Assembly (NCBI RefSeq): GCF_009914755.1
Contig: NC_060936.1
Origin: the human T2T-CHM13v2.0 reference genome, Homo sapiens
DNA length: 64,000 nt
Strand: one strand, 5' to 3'
The notes beneath the pieces were generated by a model. It did no database searches and was not told where the DNA came from. It saw nothing but the letters and a program-made list of their open reading frames with translations. Shown here piece after piece: positions 43,211 to 60,203 of this stretch (positions are counted from its first letter, which is position 1; each line of letters opens with the position of its first letter). The position numbers and the translations under genes are program-made.

Positions 43211-45514
43211 TGTTGTCAACCCTGGATTTCCCAAAAACCTGAAGACAGCAGGGCATTCTGTACATTAAGTTTTAGGGAAAATCTTGTACCTTCTTAGTTT
43301 TTCTGGTTGTGGGGCAGGAGAAAAGGGGTGTGGTCATGACCTGAGCCCCTGGAGTGCTTCTGCCCAGCATCAATGACATGTGCCCACCCTGCTTTGGGGT
43401 CATTTTGCTCCTTTGGCTGCAACTGTCATTCCCCTCACCATCAACACCCCCTCCTTCTGCAGAGACGGTGAACACGCTGGCATTGTTCCTTCCAGCCAAT
43501 GGCTTCTCTCTGGCCTGTGATTGGTACCCCCCAGATTCCAGTGCAATCCAGGCATCCCAGCTATGTCAGCGTGACTCAAATTGTGTGTGCCTGACATCCA
43601 CATGGCCCCGTAGAAGGCTGGCTCCAGCAAGAGGGCATTTGGAACGCTGCTGAATGCTTGATGGCTGCCAAGTTATCTTTTTGGGGTTAGGCCATTAAAG
43701 TTGCATCTGATGTTTTATGGAACAAACCAAGATAAACTGCATGTTGAAATCCATGAGACATGAAGAAGATTTTTACAGATGAAGACACAACGGCAGCTAA
43801 AGTTAGGTGGGTTTTTTCCCCCTCAAAACTTTGTAGTTTTTCTTCCACACGGCTATTTCAAAGCAGAAGCAATCCTCAAAAGTGAAGCATAGACGCTGCC
43901 ATAGTAACAGGTTCAGCGAGACCTGGAGCTGCTGGGGCACCTGGAAAGAACATGGATCTGTCTCTCCGCTCTCATCATCCCAACCAGAGTCGTCTGCTCC
44001 ATTCCTAAATTCTCTACTCAACTTTCCTCACGTACCCTGACGAAACGTCCTTTTCTGTGCAAACCTAAATTTGTCCTGGTGCTTTTTAATGCATCTCCCA
44101 GCCCTCTCTATTCTCATGCTACTTGCAAGCGACCAAGGAGCCAGTCACTCCACCCAATTCCTGGCCCTCTGGGCACACTGTGCACCTTCCGACTTTTGTT
44201 CCTGGGCTTTGTCACCTTTGTCCAGAGCACCCTTCCTTTCCACTTCTGCCCACTGTTCATCCAAGCAAATGGTCCAAGAAGAGTCCACTCAAATAACAGG
44301 CATACTGCCAGGCAACGATACGATAAGAAAGATTAGCAGACCAAGTATCAGAGCCTTTTAACCCTTGAACCCAGGACTCAAGCACACCTCCTCCAGGCAG
44401 CCTTCTCAGTCATCCCCTCGACTGAACCCCTCAGTCTCCCTCTTTTTGCACTCCCTTAACCTTCAATTGACCCCCGTCTCCCTAAGTAAAAGCTGTGCGT
44501 GTGTCTGCTTCCCTCCAGACTGTAAGGCTGTTGAAGATGGAGACCTCAAGATGCTCATTCTCTTTCTTGGACCACTTAATTGATAGAATCAGGACTTCAA
44601 GCTCTTTCTCCTTCCACTGGCACTTGAATGCATAAAGAAGCAAGTGCGACGATGCTGATGGCACATTATGTATACAAGCAAACAACTGGTGAAGGAGGGC
44701 CCCCAAATGCCATTAATTATGGGAAGTCGTAAAATTCTGGCATATCCTTGCTATTGAAAAGCATTCTGCACTTAAAATGAATGAAGTAGATGTATATGTA
44801 CTGGCATAGCAAGACTCCAAGAGATGATTATTCACTGAAAAAAATCAAGTCACAGAACAATATGTTTGGCATGATCCTATTTAGGTTTTTAAACTGTTAA
44901 GTTCCAAAAAGAAAACCATCAGGATCTCTCTGATGTGACTGAGGAAACGATGAGTTATCTGAAAATGTTGGGAAAGTGAGAAATCATAAAAAATGAATCA
45001 TACATACCATACACATTTTATTTAAAGTTAATGTACATTTATTTACCAATCTCTTGGTAGCAGTCCAAAGCTTTTTGAGTCTGGGTCTGTTGATTAGAGC
45101 TGTATACCATTTTACTGAGTATGTAAGCCATACTCAGAATGCATTGTCTAAGACTTCTAATTTCATTTTCTTTAAAGTGGGATGACAAAAAGTTATGGAT
45201 ACAGTAATTTGAGCACAGGATCCTAAATTATGCTATGTAGAGGCTGTGTGATCTACATAAGTTAAATATCATTGTTGAGCATAAATTTCCAATCTGCAAC
45301 ACAGGGCATTAATAATATACCCACAGGTAACTGATAGGAAGAATGATGATCCGGTGTGTACAATCCCTGGTGCTCAATAAGGATGAACTAGTCTATTAAC
45401 TATTTTACTTTCCGCTCATTATAGGACAGTAAAAAGACAAAGCAGCAGCAGGCCATCATCCTACCTGGGACTCTGGCCACCTCCTCTTTCTGCCTTAAAG
45501 ATGCTCAAAGTCTG

Positions 45515-45809
45515 GGCCGGGCACGGTGATTCACCGCTGTAATCCCAGCACTTTGGGAGGCTGAGGTGGGCGGATCACCCGAAGTGAGAACTTTGAGACC
45601 AGCCTGGCCAACATGGTGAAACCCCAGTCTCTACTAAAAATACAAAAATTAGCTGGCGTGGTGGTGCATGCCTGTAGTCTCAGGTACTTGGGAGGCTGAG
45701 GCAGGAGAACACTTGAACGCAGGAGGTGGAGGTTGCAATGAGCCAAGATTGCACCATTGCAACCTAGCCTGGGCGACAGAGCGAGACTCCTCCATCTCAA
45801 AAAAAAAAA
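45515..45809 (+). mobile_element. AluS
   Basis: Full dimer; degenerate TSD aaagatgctcaaagtc / aaaaatgctgaaaatc. Confidence 0.95.
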
Positions 45810-46093
45810 TGCTGAAAATCCATAGATACCAGGGTGAAATTAGTATCCAATATGAAGTGTGAATGGACGAGAACCTGCTATATGCCAGATCTGTACTAGG
45901 TGGAATGGCAGCATACTGCTCAGTAAGTTCATTTTAGTTCATTTTTGTTCCAAAGGACATTATGATCTAATGACAAAGGTTTGATATACATGGGAAGATG
46001 ATAGTAATAATAATATACAGTATCAATGAGGATATCGAGGATATTTTCAGTTACAGATGATTTAAAAAACTAACAAATTAGCTTAAGTACCAA

Positions 46094-46725
<632 letters not shown>

Positions 46726-47099
46726 CTCCCCAAATTTTTAATTGGCTCAAGCAACGAAAATTCCAAAGGTCAATGGGACTTCAGGAGATAGCCGATCAAG
46801 CCTCTGGTTCTAGTTCCTTTGCTCTTCTCAGTTCTTTCTTACTACATGTGTCAGCTTTGTCCTCAAGTTGACTTCCCTCTAGTTAAAAAAAAAAAAAAAA
46901 AAAAAACCTTGGCAATTCCAATTCCAAGCTTCATACCTGAGGCCACGTCATCTGCATCCTGCAAGCCACTCTAAACTAGTCAAGTGCATGTACCCAACTC
47001 TGACTCAATCACTCTGCAAGATGGATGGGATTATGTTGATCATCCTGGGCCAATCAGGGATTACCCCAAGATCTGGTGAAGGAGTCAATTTAATGTGTG

Positions 47100-47340
47100 C
47101 TTCTTTCATGTGTCAGGCATTGTGCTACTTGCCTTTACATGGATTATCACATTTATCCTCGTAACAACCCTATGAAGTAAGTGCTACTAGCAGTTCCTGA
47201 TTATAGTTGAAGAAACTGAGGCCCAGAGAGGTTAAGTAACTTTTCTGTGGTTGCACAGCCAATAAGTGGTAGAGCCAGGATTCATACTTTGGCCCTCTGT
47301 CTCCAGACCCCACATTCATAACCACTAGACCACAAAGTCT
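47100..47340 (-). mobile_element. MIR SINE
   Basis: gaagaaactgaggcccagagaggttaagtaactt...taagtggtagagccaggattc. Confidence 0.85.
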
Positions 47341-48714
47341 GCCAAGGGGCAAGTCCCAAGGTGATGGCTGATGTGCAGTGCAAACATCACTCTCTGGGTA
47401 AATTGGGAGGGAGGAGCACTTGGCCTGGTGTGATGATGACAGGTTAGGGCTTGAGCTAGGTCTTAAGCAAGGGTGGGAAAGTAAGATCAAGTGAACTTTC
47501 AGAGATGGGAATCATGTAGCAGAAATAACAAACACAGTGGGATCAGACAGACTGTCAAGTTTGCTGCTAATAGCTGAGTGAACTTCATCAAATTATTCAC
47601 TTCTCTGAGCTCATAAGTGAAATAAGAAGCCATGAGAGTGAATCAAAGGCCCACGGGAAAATCTAAAGTGAGAAGCAGGCTGAGAATAGGATCCTGGAAA
47701 CCCTGAACAGGACCAGTAAAAGTCAAGCCAAGTCCTATGGGAAAATAGAAAGTCCCTTGGAAGGGTACACATACAAAGGATTCGCTATAGTGACAAATCT
47801 AGAGAAAGTATTCTAATCTTCCTTACAATTTCCTGCCAGCCCAGGAAACAAGAAAGAGGAAGATAAAGATGAAGCCTCAGGCATTATAAGACTATACTAA
47901 TAAAGATAGCTTTTTACAATCATCCAATTCCGGAGCTGGATAGGACAACAGACAACCTGCTTATTGTATAGATAAGAAAGGAGACACATTTTGAACACTT
48001 ATATGAAGAGGCATATAGGCAAAGTGCCTGGCACAGTGCCTCATAAACAGTAGGTACTCAATAGTGTAAAATATTATTGGTGAATAATAGTTATTATTTT
48101 CATAAGGGACTTATCCAAGGCCTCGAAAGTTGATTAGTGACCAAAAAAGATAAGAATCCATGTCTTTTAATGTCTAGTGCAGTTTCTTCATCACTCTGAG
48201 CTTTTTTCTCTGATGAAAGGTGCCAGATGCCACTGAAAGAAGGGAGAAGAAATAGCAACCTAAAGTAGGAAAAACTATCAAAGAAGGAAAATGTTGGAAT
48301 AAACACTGAACAAGTAGTTTGAAAACCAAGATTATGAATCTTGGTCTGCCATTAACTGGCTCAATGACTTAACCAGCTCAGGCCCCAGTTTACTCATCTA
48401 TAAAAGTAGAGATTTGAATAAGATCATCTTGGTTTCCTTCCAACTCTGAAATTCTATGAAAGTAGGTTCCTCTCTTAACATTGCAGTAGCCTTCTTTATA
48501 AAAGATATAAATACATTCTAGGAAAAAAATGTATAGGGACAAGGCCACATAAAAAACTGAAAGTAAGAAAAGGCATGAGAGTTGGCTTCAAATATCTGGA
48601 AAAGCTTCTAGTCATATATGTGTCAGGTATATGTTGTGTGAGGCTCCAGATAACAGGAATAAGATCCAGGAGTAAAAGCAACACAGAGGCAAGTTTCTGT
48701 CCAATACAGAACAG

Positions 48715-51360
<2,646 letters not shown>

Positions 51361-51789
51361 GTAGTTGAAAGATAAGTTCAAAAGTGACTTTGAAAAGGCA
51401 GAGAAATTTGAGAAGGTGAGAAAACAGATGCAAACCCACCTAGGGACGCAAAAGTCACAGGTCTGGTGAAAAGCAAGGTACCCGATCCAAAAACCCAAAG
51501 TAGGGAGCATCATTAAAGCAAAAGTAAGCAATAAGAAGTATCTAATGTCATTCATAGGGCAGAATTCATTTGTGAAACAATAAGTGAATGAAATATTGTC
51601 AGAAAACAGAAAGAATGAAAAAATTGTAACAATACTGCTTAAATGAGAAGAATCCCTGCAAAGTCTTAACTTCCGTAGTTTTAGTAGTGAGGCACGCTAA
51701 TTTAGTCCCAGCTCTGTCACTAAAAGGCTGTGTGATCCTGGGTGCATGTGAGCTGCTGTCCCTCTCTGATCTGGAGTTTTTTAAGGAAG

Positions 51790-52422
51790 CAATGTTTCCT
51801 AAATCTTAGTTATTTGCATACAACCTTCCTGATTTAAAAAACCTGTATCTACGTATCACTTATTCAAATTAATTTTTTAAAAATCAATTCCCTTTATAAA
51901 GTTAAATACCATCATAATATCTGTGAAATTATGAGTTTAAATGTTACTTTTTTCCTAATACTCATTAGAATAAACCTCAAATTACTAAAATGCAAAATGC
52001 ATGCTCCTCCATATACCTCCTCTGATATGATTTGGCGGTGTCTCCACTCAAATCTTATCTTGAATTCTAATACCCATAATCCCTACGTGTCAAGGGAGGG
52101 ACCCAGTGGGAGGTGATTGGATCATGGAGGCAGTTTCCTCAATGCTGTTCTCATGATAGTGAGTGAGTTCTCGTGAGATCTGATGGTTTTATAAGTGTCT
52201 GGCATTTCCCTTGCTTGCACTTCTCTCTCCTGCTGCCATGGGAAGAAGGTCCTTGATTCCTCTTTGCCTTCCACCATGATTCTAAGTTTCCTGAGGCCCC
52301 CTCAGCCACATGGAACTGAGTCAATTAAACCTCTTTTCTTTATAAATTACCTAGTCTCGGATATGTCTTTATAGCAGTGCAAAAATGAACTAATATATCC
52401 TTCCTCATTTTGGGAAACATTG
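51790..52422. mobile_element. hAT-Charlie-type MITE interrupted by a THE1 LTR
   Basis: Terminal inverted repeats CAATGTTTCCTAAA (51790-51803) and TTTGGGAAACATTG (52409-52422). Confidence 0.65.
52023..52397 (+). mobile_element. THE1D/MSTA-type MaLR solo LTR
   Basis: tgatatgatttgg start, attaaa signal, aactaatata end; 5-bp TSD tcctc/tcctt. Confidence 0.92.
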
Positions 52423-53043
52423 GATTGGATGCCTAAGGTTCTTTGCACTTCTGGGATTCTGTGGATGAGTTTTTCCTGTGCCTTCTACTCAAGTTGGAAG
52501 GTTACCTCTTAGTACATGTCAGTGAGCATGTAGTAATCTGGAGTTCAGAATAGACTGGTTTGAGATTACAGCATGTTGGCCACAGTCATTGAGTGACTGA
52601 TCCATGGTGAAGTGAAAAAGTAAAAACCCCCCAGAGCTGAGATCTGGTACAGAAAGTCCCATAGCTTCACACAGTATATGACATACATTAATAATTCCAC
52701 ACACTCCTAGAGGTAAATTGGTTCTGAAAGAACACAACACAATAGACTTTAATTACTTTAAAGTTTAAAAAACCCACTTAGCTTTGTTTCAGTGCTTACT
52801 ATGCCAGGGCACTGTATTAAACATACTATAAACATTTACTCATTACAATCACCCTGCTTGGTAGGTATTATTATTCCAGTTTTACAGATGAGGAAACCAA
52901 GGCTAAGAGCAAATAAATGACTATTCGGTCCCCTCATAACATCCTAATGAGTTGCCATAGGCACTTTACCTGATTCCTGAAGTCAACCCCACTGTGCAGG
53001 GATGACTTGCAGAGGAAGCTCATTATACAAACAGAAATCTGTC

Positions 53044-53332
53044 TTTTCTTTTGAGACGCAGTCTCGCTCTGTTGCCCAGGCTGGAGTGCAGTGGCGTGTT
53101 CTCAGCTCACTGCAACCTTCACCTCCCAGTTCAAGTGATTCTCCTGCCTCAGCCTCCCACGCAGCTGGGACTACAGGCTGCGCCGCCACACCCAACTAAT
53201 TTTTGTTTTTTTAGTAGAGACGGGGTTTCACCATGTTGGCCAGGCTAGTCTCAAACTCCTGACCTCAAGTGATTTGTTCCCCTCGGCCTCCCAAAGTGCT
53301 GGGATTGCAGGTGTGAGCCCCCACGCTGGGCC
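53044..53332 (-). mobile_element. AluSx/Sz
   Basis: Antisense dimer; TSD cagaaatctgtctt / cagaaatttgtctt. Confidence 0.96.
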
Positions 53333-54143
53333 CAGAAATTTGTCTTCTAATGTTTAATCAGTGACACTAGTTTTATTCTTTGGGGCCACAGAATACAGAT
53401 GAGGTAAAATGATCCCTCATTTAGTTCACCTGATTTACAGATGAGAAAATGGAGTGCAACCTGGGGTTTCATTAATGAGATCAGCTTCCAGAAGAAGAGA
53501 TAACTATTTTATCTTTCCTCTCTAGACCAGTATCCCCAGTGGTACTGGAGGAGGCTTGTTCCAGGAGCCTGGGGTGGAGAATGCAAAGATGGCAGTCACG
53601 CCCTATTGTATTCTTCTGTAACTGCCTTGATGGTCCGAGGTTTCTGAAGTTGCTCCAAATTGCTCTCTCTCATTAGCCACACATTAAGAAGGACACAACA
53701 CTTTAAGATGGATACCAGTGAACTAGTCAGGATCCAGAGGAGGGCAGCCTGCTGGTGGTCTAATGTCCAGCTGAACAGCTAAAGAGAAAGGGTAATTCAG
53801 TCTAAGGGACAGAAGATGAAGAGATGGCGCTTTCAAATATCTGAGCAGCTGTCAGTATAAATGAGGGAGATGGCTTGTTCTGCCTCGTTTCAGTGGCTGG
53901 AGACAGCACTTAAGGGTAAAAATTGCCAGGAGGTAGGATGTTTGGGCCCCTAACTAGCTGTGTGACCTTTAGTAAATCATTTAACTGAATAGGTACTGCC
54001 ATGATAGATGGGAGTATGACCTCGGAGACCTATGAAGTTTCCTTATAATCATAAGTTGCTGTGATCTTGTTTAAGTCTTGCCCCAAGTTACACAGCTTGT
54101 GGCAGAATGAGGACTAGAATACATCTCTCCTAACCCCAAATCC

Positions 54144-54236
54144 AGCACTCTCTCCATGCCATATACCATACATTTTACAAATTATCTAGCACTCTCTCCA
54201 TGCCATATACCATACATTTTACAAATTATCTAGCAC
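54144..54236. repeat. Perfect 44-bp tandem duplication
   Basis: 54144-54187 is identical to 54188-54231, followed by agcac. Confidence 0.97.
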
Positions 54237-55255
54237 ATTGTTTAAAAACCATCTCAGATATAATTATTCATTAATTACTATGAATTTCTCTTTTGTAGGA
54301 GCCACACCTTAAAAAGGAAACGTGTCTACAAACATATCATTCTGTAAAGCAAATAATTTGCATGTAAGTGGACTTTACTGGAGTGCATGTAATCTCAATA
54401 GATGATGTTTCTCCCATGTTCAAAGCAATGAAAAGTGAGGGAGAAAAGTGGGATACAGCAGAAATCTTTCCTTGCTTGTTTCTGGTTATCAAGACTTGCC
54501 AGGAAACAAAAGGGGATGTCTTGTCCAAAGATTGCAACTCCGCAAAATTTGCTTAATTCCCTTTTCACTAAAGGAGCAAGCTGATGCTCCATGGTTCTGG
54601 GTAGCTCAGAACGAGCTTTGTTTAAAGAGGCTCACCAGGTCCATGGACTGTCACCTAAAGAAGGATCTGCAAGTTAGGGTCCATTCCAAACCGTGTCTAT
54701 ATGCGCTCTGATGGGGGCTCTGTTTGAATTGTAGGAATAAGCTTTAGGTTAGTTTAAGCTTTAGGTTAAACTAACCTGCTAAGATTTCCTTAAGCACCCT
54801 GGAGCAGTGTTATAGTCCATATATTCTTATGCTCTCTATATTTTTGAAGACCGCTATTCTATTAACTTAGGCAGTTCTGTTCCTTAGGACAAGGAAAACA
54901 GCATTTTTCCTCAGCCGACATGTACCAAGTGCCCATCTATATGAGGAACTAAATGTTAAAAGTTCCAACTCTTGATAGATTAATTCTCCCAGATACCTGG
55001 GAAGTGAGAGCATACCTAAACCCACAATTTAAGAATCCTTGTTTAAAACATAAAGTATATAATAAATTGATTCCGATTTTGATGATGATAATAAAGTCAC
55101 TGGAATTTTATAGATTTTGAGCTGAAAGGGAACTTAACGATCATTTACTACAGCCAGTTAATTTTGTAGCTGAGGAAACTCAATCTTGGAAACACATAAT
55201 CTATCCCCAAGGTCACAGTGCTGGTTAGTGCAGAGTAGAAGCAAGAAAGAGGGTA

Positions 55256-55582
55256 CAGTCGGCCCTCTCTATGCATGGGTTCCGTATCCACAGATACACC
55301 CAACCACGGATCAAAAATATTCAGAGAAAAAAACACAGTAAAAAAATAACAAATGCAACAATGAGAAGTAATACAAATAAAAACACAGCATAACCGCTTC
55401 CAAAGCATTTACTTTATATTAGGTACTGTAAGTAATCTAGCGATAATTTAAAGTGTATGGGAGAAGTGTATAGGCTATATGCAAATATTACACCATTTTA
55501 TATCGGATTTTTACATCCTGGATTTTGGTGGTGGGGTGGGAGTCTTTGAACCAATATCCCCACAGACACTGAGGGATGGCTG
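55256..55582. mobile_element. MER2 (TcMar-Tigger) MITE
   Basis: TA|cagtcggccctc...gagggatggctg|TA termini with TA TSD. Confidence 0.9.
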
Positions 55583-58500
55583 TATTCTGACTTCTAGGCT
55601 AGAGCTGTTTCACCAACATGATGCTAATAAAAAGGACAGGATTTTCTGCATCAATTCTAGGAGACAGTCAAGCTAATAATCAGAGGTCTATATTCTGCTC
55701 TTAATGTCTGGGTGTCCCAGGACAAGAAAATGAGCTATTGTGACCTCAAATTCCCTAGCCAAAGGAGTGAAACACTAATCAATGCCCTGTCAGATACAGG
55801 GAGGGCTCGTTCAGACGAGAAACAGATGCTGTGGGAAATACAGCTACTCAAAGAAAGGAACGCTCTCAGTATGATGGACCAAGGAAACGGCTCTATCTTT
55901 GGCTACTTTAAAGGGACTGAGTCCCATATATGTGATATGTGAATCAGACATCCAACCAACTCGTTCCCGTAGAATATAAACAAATTAAGAACATAATTTA
56001 GGAACATAATTCTTAAAATCACTATGCAATCCAAGTAACAGTTACTTGACTAGACTGAGTTTTAAAGAAAAGATAAATTTCCACCTCCCTGGTTTAAGGT
56101 ATGTTGTGGAAGGTGGATAAAATAGCATATCTTCCTATGCCTTTTGTTCTATGATTTTATTATTTTTTAAGAACATGTACTTATCCGGGGTATTATTTCC
56201 TATGCTTCATCACTAGACAATGTGCTTCCCAGGGACGCGGACTGTGTGATTCAACTCTCCTTCCTGTCTACCTTCCAAAACATTGTCTATGTCCACGATA
56301 TCCCCAATGCCTAGCATAGTGTTTGGTATGTGGTAAGGACTCAATTTTAATCAAATAAATGAATGGATAAATTGCAAAACCCAAAGGCATTCTCCAAAGC
56401 ACAAAAATCTCAGCATATTTAACTCTTCCATTAAAACCACTTAAATTCTACCTTACAGATTGGAATCATACCCCTGACATGTTCTGATGTATCTCTGCAC
56501 AGACCTGTGATGTTATCAGTTTAACACATATGTGATCTCTCAGCATGAATAACCTTAATGAATACTATATAGAGTTTCAGTCGCAAACTTCCAGACACAG
56601 AAGGCGTATTCTGTGACTGGCCAAAATGGCATGAGGTCCTGCAGTCCATTCCCCTGGCTCCAAGCAAGACTGCATCTAATCTATGGTTGAGAATGATGCT
56701 TTCCTGAATGGGAAAGGTTTCCACTAAATGAAACATACAGTCTGCCTTGGTAAAGTCTTAAGTGTCTGAATGGAAGGTCAGACTTTGATTTCTTGAGGTA
56801 AGTATGGTTTTCATCCCAAGTGTAGCAAATTTCACTGGCGTTCCATTACCGACTTACTTAAATCATTTGCTAGATGACATAAAATTGCTGGTAATTACAC
56901 TACAAAGAGTGATTATATGAAGTTTTCTTGTACAAAAGCAAGTAAATTTGAGCCTTATTCAATATTTTGTTAGGGAAATTTTAAATTAAATATGCCATTT
57001 TATTTAAAAAGAGAAACATTAGAAGAATATATATTCAGAAGAAAGTAGGGGGGTAGAAAAGGTTGCAAGTCACTAGTTTACTGGAACTACACAATGGGGA
57101 TGATGTGCTGCTACTTGATACAACTAAATTTCCTGAGTTTAAATGATTTCAGTGAGACCCCCACACAAAACGGCCTGCACAGCCCTAATCCATGATCTAG
57201 GCTCGCCTCTCTCAAAATATTTTTTTAAAATAATGGTTCACGATCCTGAAATAATTGGTGGCCATGGGATGCCAGATGTGAGACATTTCATCTGAAACCT
57301 TATGTAAACTAACCCAAACCATTTGCTTCAGAATATCTTCCTTGACACCAGGAAAGAGTTTGGGTCCTGGGTTTGCATTTGCCTGATGGACTGACTGGCT
57401 GCTCTCAAAAATGGAAACATATGTGGGCACGATGAAGGAAAGGCTTTGGAAATTATGCAAAGAAATTTTCTTTTCCTTTTTAATCCTGTCTTTTTTTTTT
57501 TGCTTCCCCTAGGCAATAGGTATATTAAATGTTGGTGACTTTTTATTTTCAAAAGCACAAAATTAAATGTTTTTTGTGTTATTTCTCAGAACAATAACCT
57601 AACTTTGGCATCCATACTTTTTTTTTTTACAATTTGATGACAATGTTTAAAGAAATAAAGTGAACATCCCCCCACACACACTCACCGAAAGAATAAGGAA
57701 GATAATTTTTATTATTATCATCATCATAATTACTATTATTACCAATGAAGCTTGAAGGAACTCACCTTTATACATCACAAAGAAATAATTATTTGGTTTA
57801 CAACTGATGAGACCACAACGAAAGTATGATTTGAGATAGCTAAGAGCAGAAATAAATTTGGATTTTTTTTGCTCTAATTGCACCTTCCACATAAACCCCC
57901 TTTGCTCTGGATTTGTGCTTTTTGAGTTGTTTGCATCATGCATAGGTGCAGACTTTGTTTCAAGTTCTTGTAAGAGCAGATGCCCTTATTTAAGGCTGAG
58001 TAAAGAGGAAATGCATTCCTTATAGGCATCTACATCCAACTGGCTTGGATTGTCTAGCACACTTACACGAACTACCTATTTTCAGGTCAATTCTAAAATA
58101 GAACATATCTCTCCAGAGGTACACATTTTGAAGATTATAAAACTTTACAGTCAACCTGTTTCACATTTCAGAACTCATTCCTTTTAATGCCAACAAAAGA
58201 ACAACAAGAAAATGATTTTAGAAAAATTTTAAATCTGCCTCCTGAAATTTGCCACAAGGAAAACAAACCAAAAAAAGCCTCAAGAAGAGAACTATTTCTC
58301 TGTTTTTTTTATTAATTTGTTTTTTTAAGTTTGGTAAATATGAATTTAGCATGTTATGGAATTATGTTATAAACTGTACTAATAGATGCTAGTAATTCTT
58401 AAGTTTAAAGATTGAAAATTAAAATATGAAATATTTATTAGAAATACTTTATATTGCTTCAATTGGCTGCAACTGATACACAGCTGAATAAAACCATGAA

Positions 58501-60170
58501 ATCGAAAGAATATTTAATCACATTGGGAAAGTGGACATTTTTAAGGGGAATGAATGTTTGAATTTGGACAAAATTAAAGTGCTTAGAAAACAAATAAAAT
58601 TGACTATTGTTCAAAAAAAAATTCTGGTGAGGATAGTCTTGACATTTTACAAAGAATTTACATCTCTAAAGTGCTTAACTTAACCTCCACTACTTAACTG
58701 TCTGAAATGAAGGTGAAGCTAAATTTAAAGGACATTTTGCTTTTTTAGTTTTTTAAACACTTCCTTTGGCTCCTTCCTTTTCTTTTAATAATTTATCCTA
58801 TTTTTTCTACCTTTATGCAGACAAACCAAGTGTCCATCAAATCAGGCACCAAAAAGCAAGCACTCTTAAATACAGTTCACTCAGGCTAATCATGACAGTA
58901 ATTACTGACATTTTTATTAATTATAGCTCATTTTTTCCCCCAGAAGAAACAAAACCAAGTCTCTTGGGTCAGACCAGCAATCATAAAACGAAAAAGAAAT
59001 AAATAATAAGTTAAAAATAGAGGGAATGTGTTAAAAAGAAGGAAAAAGTACTGTTCATAACCAAACTGTGTCACCTTAAAAAAGAAACATTTCCACACTT
59101 AATATCTGATTCAGACAGAAAGCTTCTCTCCTACTTTTGAAACAAATAATTCCACTTCAAATCCACATTTTCAGACACCCCTAGCTTTCTGCATCTGATT
59201 CCTACAACAGCCCCTTTACCTCAAAGAGGTAAAAGTCAGTTCACAGTATTTCTCTCCCAAACATCCCCACTGAAGCTCCTTGTAAATTTCAGCATAAACT
59301 CAGAACTGTCACCGTGGGTTTAGAAAATAATGACACATTTCAGCTATAACCCCCCAGATTGAAAGATTAAAAGGACTTTGCCCAAATTTAGGGGAAATGA
59401 AGGTGCGTGGGCTCACTCTGCAGCTGCAGTTTTCAGCCCTTGCAGTTTAGAAGATTCTGCATGAGCACGGATGCCACGAGGGTATCCAGCGAGTGGGAAG
59501 GGAGTCGCCCTACATGTTTTCACATCGATTTGTAAAACTGTTTTGAAAGGGTATTTCTAGATCCATTTGTTCCAAATGCAGCAAAATTCATCCGATATCG
59601 CTCACAATGCATGCACGGGTTATCTTACATGTAATAGCCATCGTATTAACCAACCCAGCTGATACTGAGATGGTGAATGGGGCGGGGGAGCAGGGAGGAA
59701 TATGTCGCGCATGAAAAACTCCGGGTGTAAAAGTCAATGCAGAACTCACTCCCCGAGGAACCGAAAAAGACATTCACGACTCTCAAGTGGAGAGAGGATA
59801 GAAAGTCAAGTGGCGGGGGTCGCGACCAGTGATCGGGATTTCAGTCTGATCTCAGTACCCAGCGGAACAGGACCATAACCTAAAGAAATGAGCTTTTTCC
59901 GGAGCAAAGAGCGGCCCCGATTTCAAAGTAGAAAAAATAAACTGCTTGGGGGTGGAAGATGGCGAGGGGCGGGGGGCGGGGAGGGAGGCGGGTCGCGGCG
60001 CTGGCTCCGGGGTCCGCGGCACGGCCTCCTCTGCCGCGCTGCCCAGGGCCCGGACCCTGCCCGGCGCTGCGCCCACCGCGAGGGTGCCAGACCCGCCGCG
60101 CCGCCGCCGCGCTCTCCCAGCCGCGGCCCCCTCCCCCGCCGCTTCCTCTTGCTCTCCCAGCCCCTTCCCC

Positions 60171-60203
60171 CACGTGTGGATGACGTCAAAATTCCGCGAA
60201 AAA
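60171..60203. promoter_or_regulatory. E-box + full CRE + E2F motif cluster
   Basis: CACGTG at 60171, TGACGTCA at 60181, TTCCGCGAAAAA at 60192. Confidence 0.65.
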
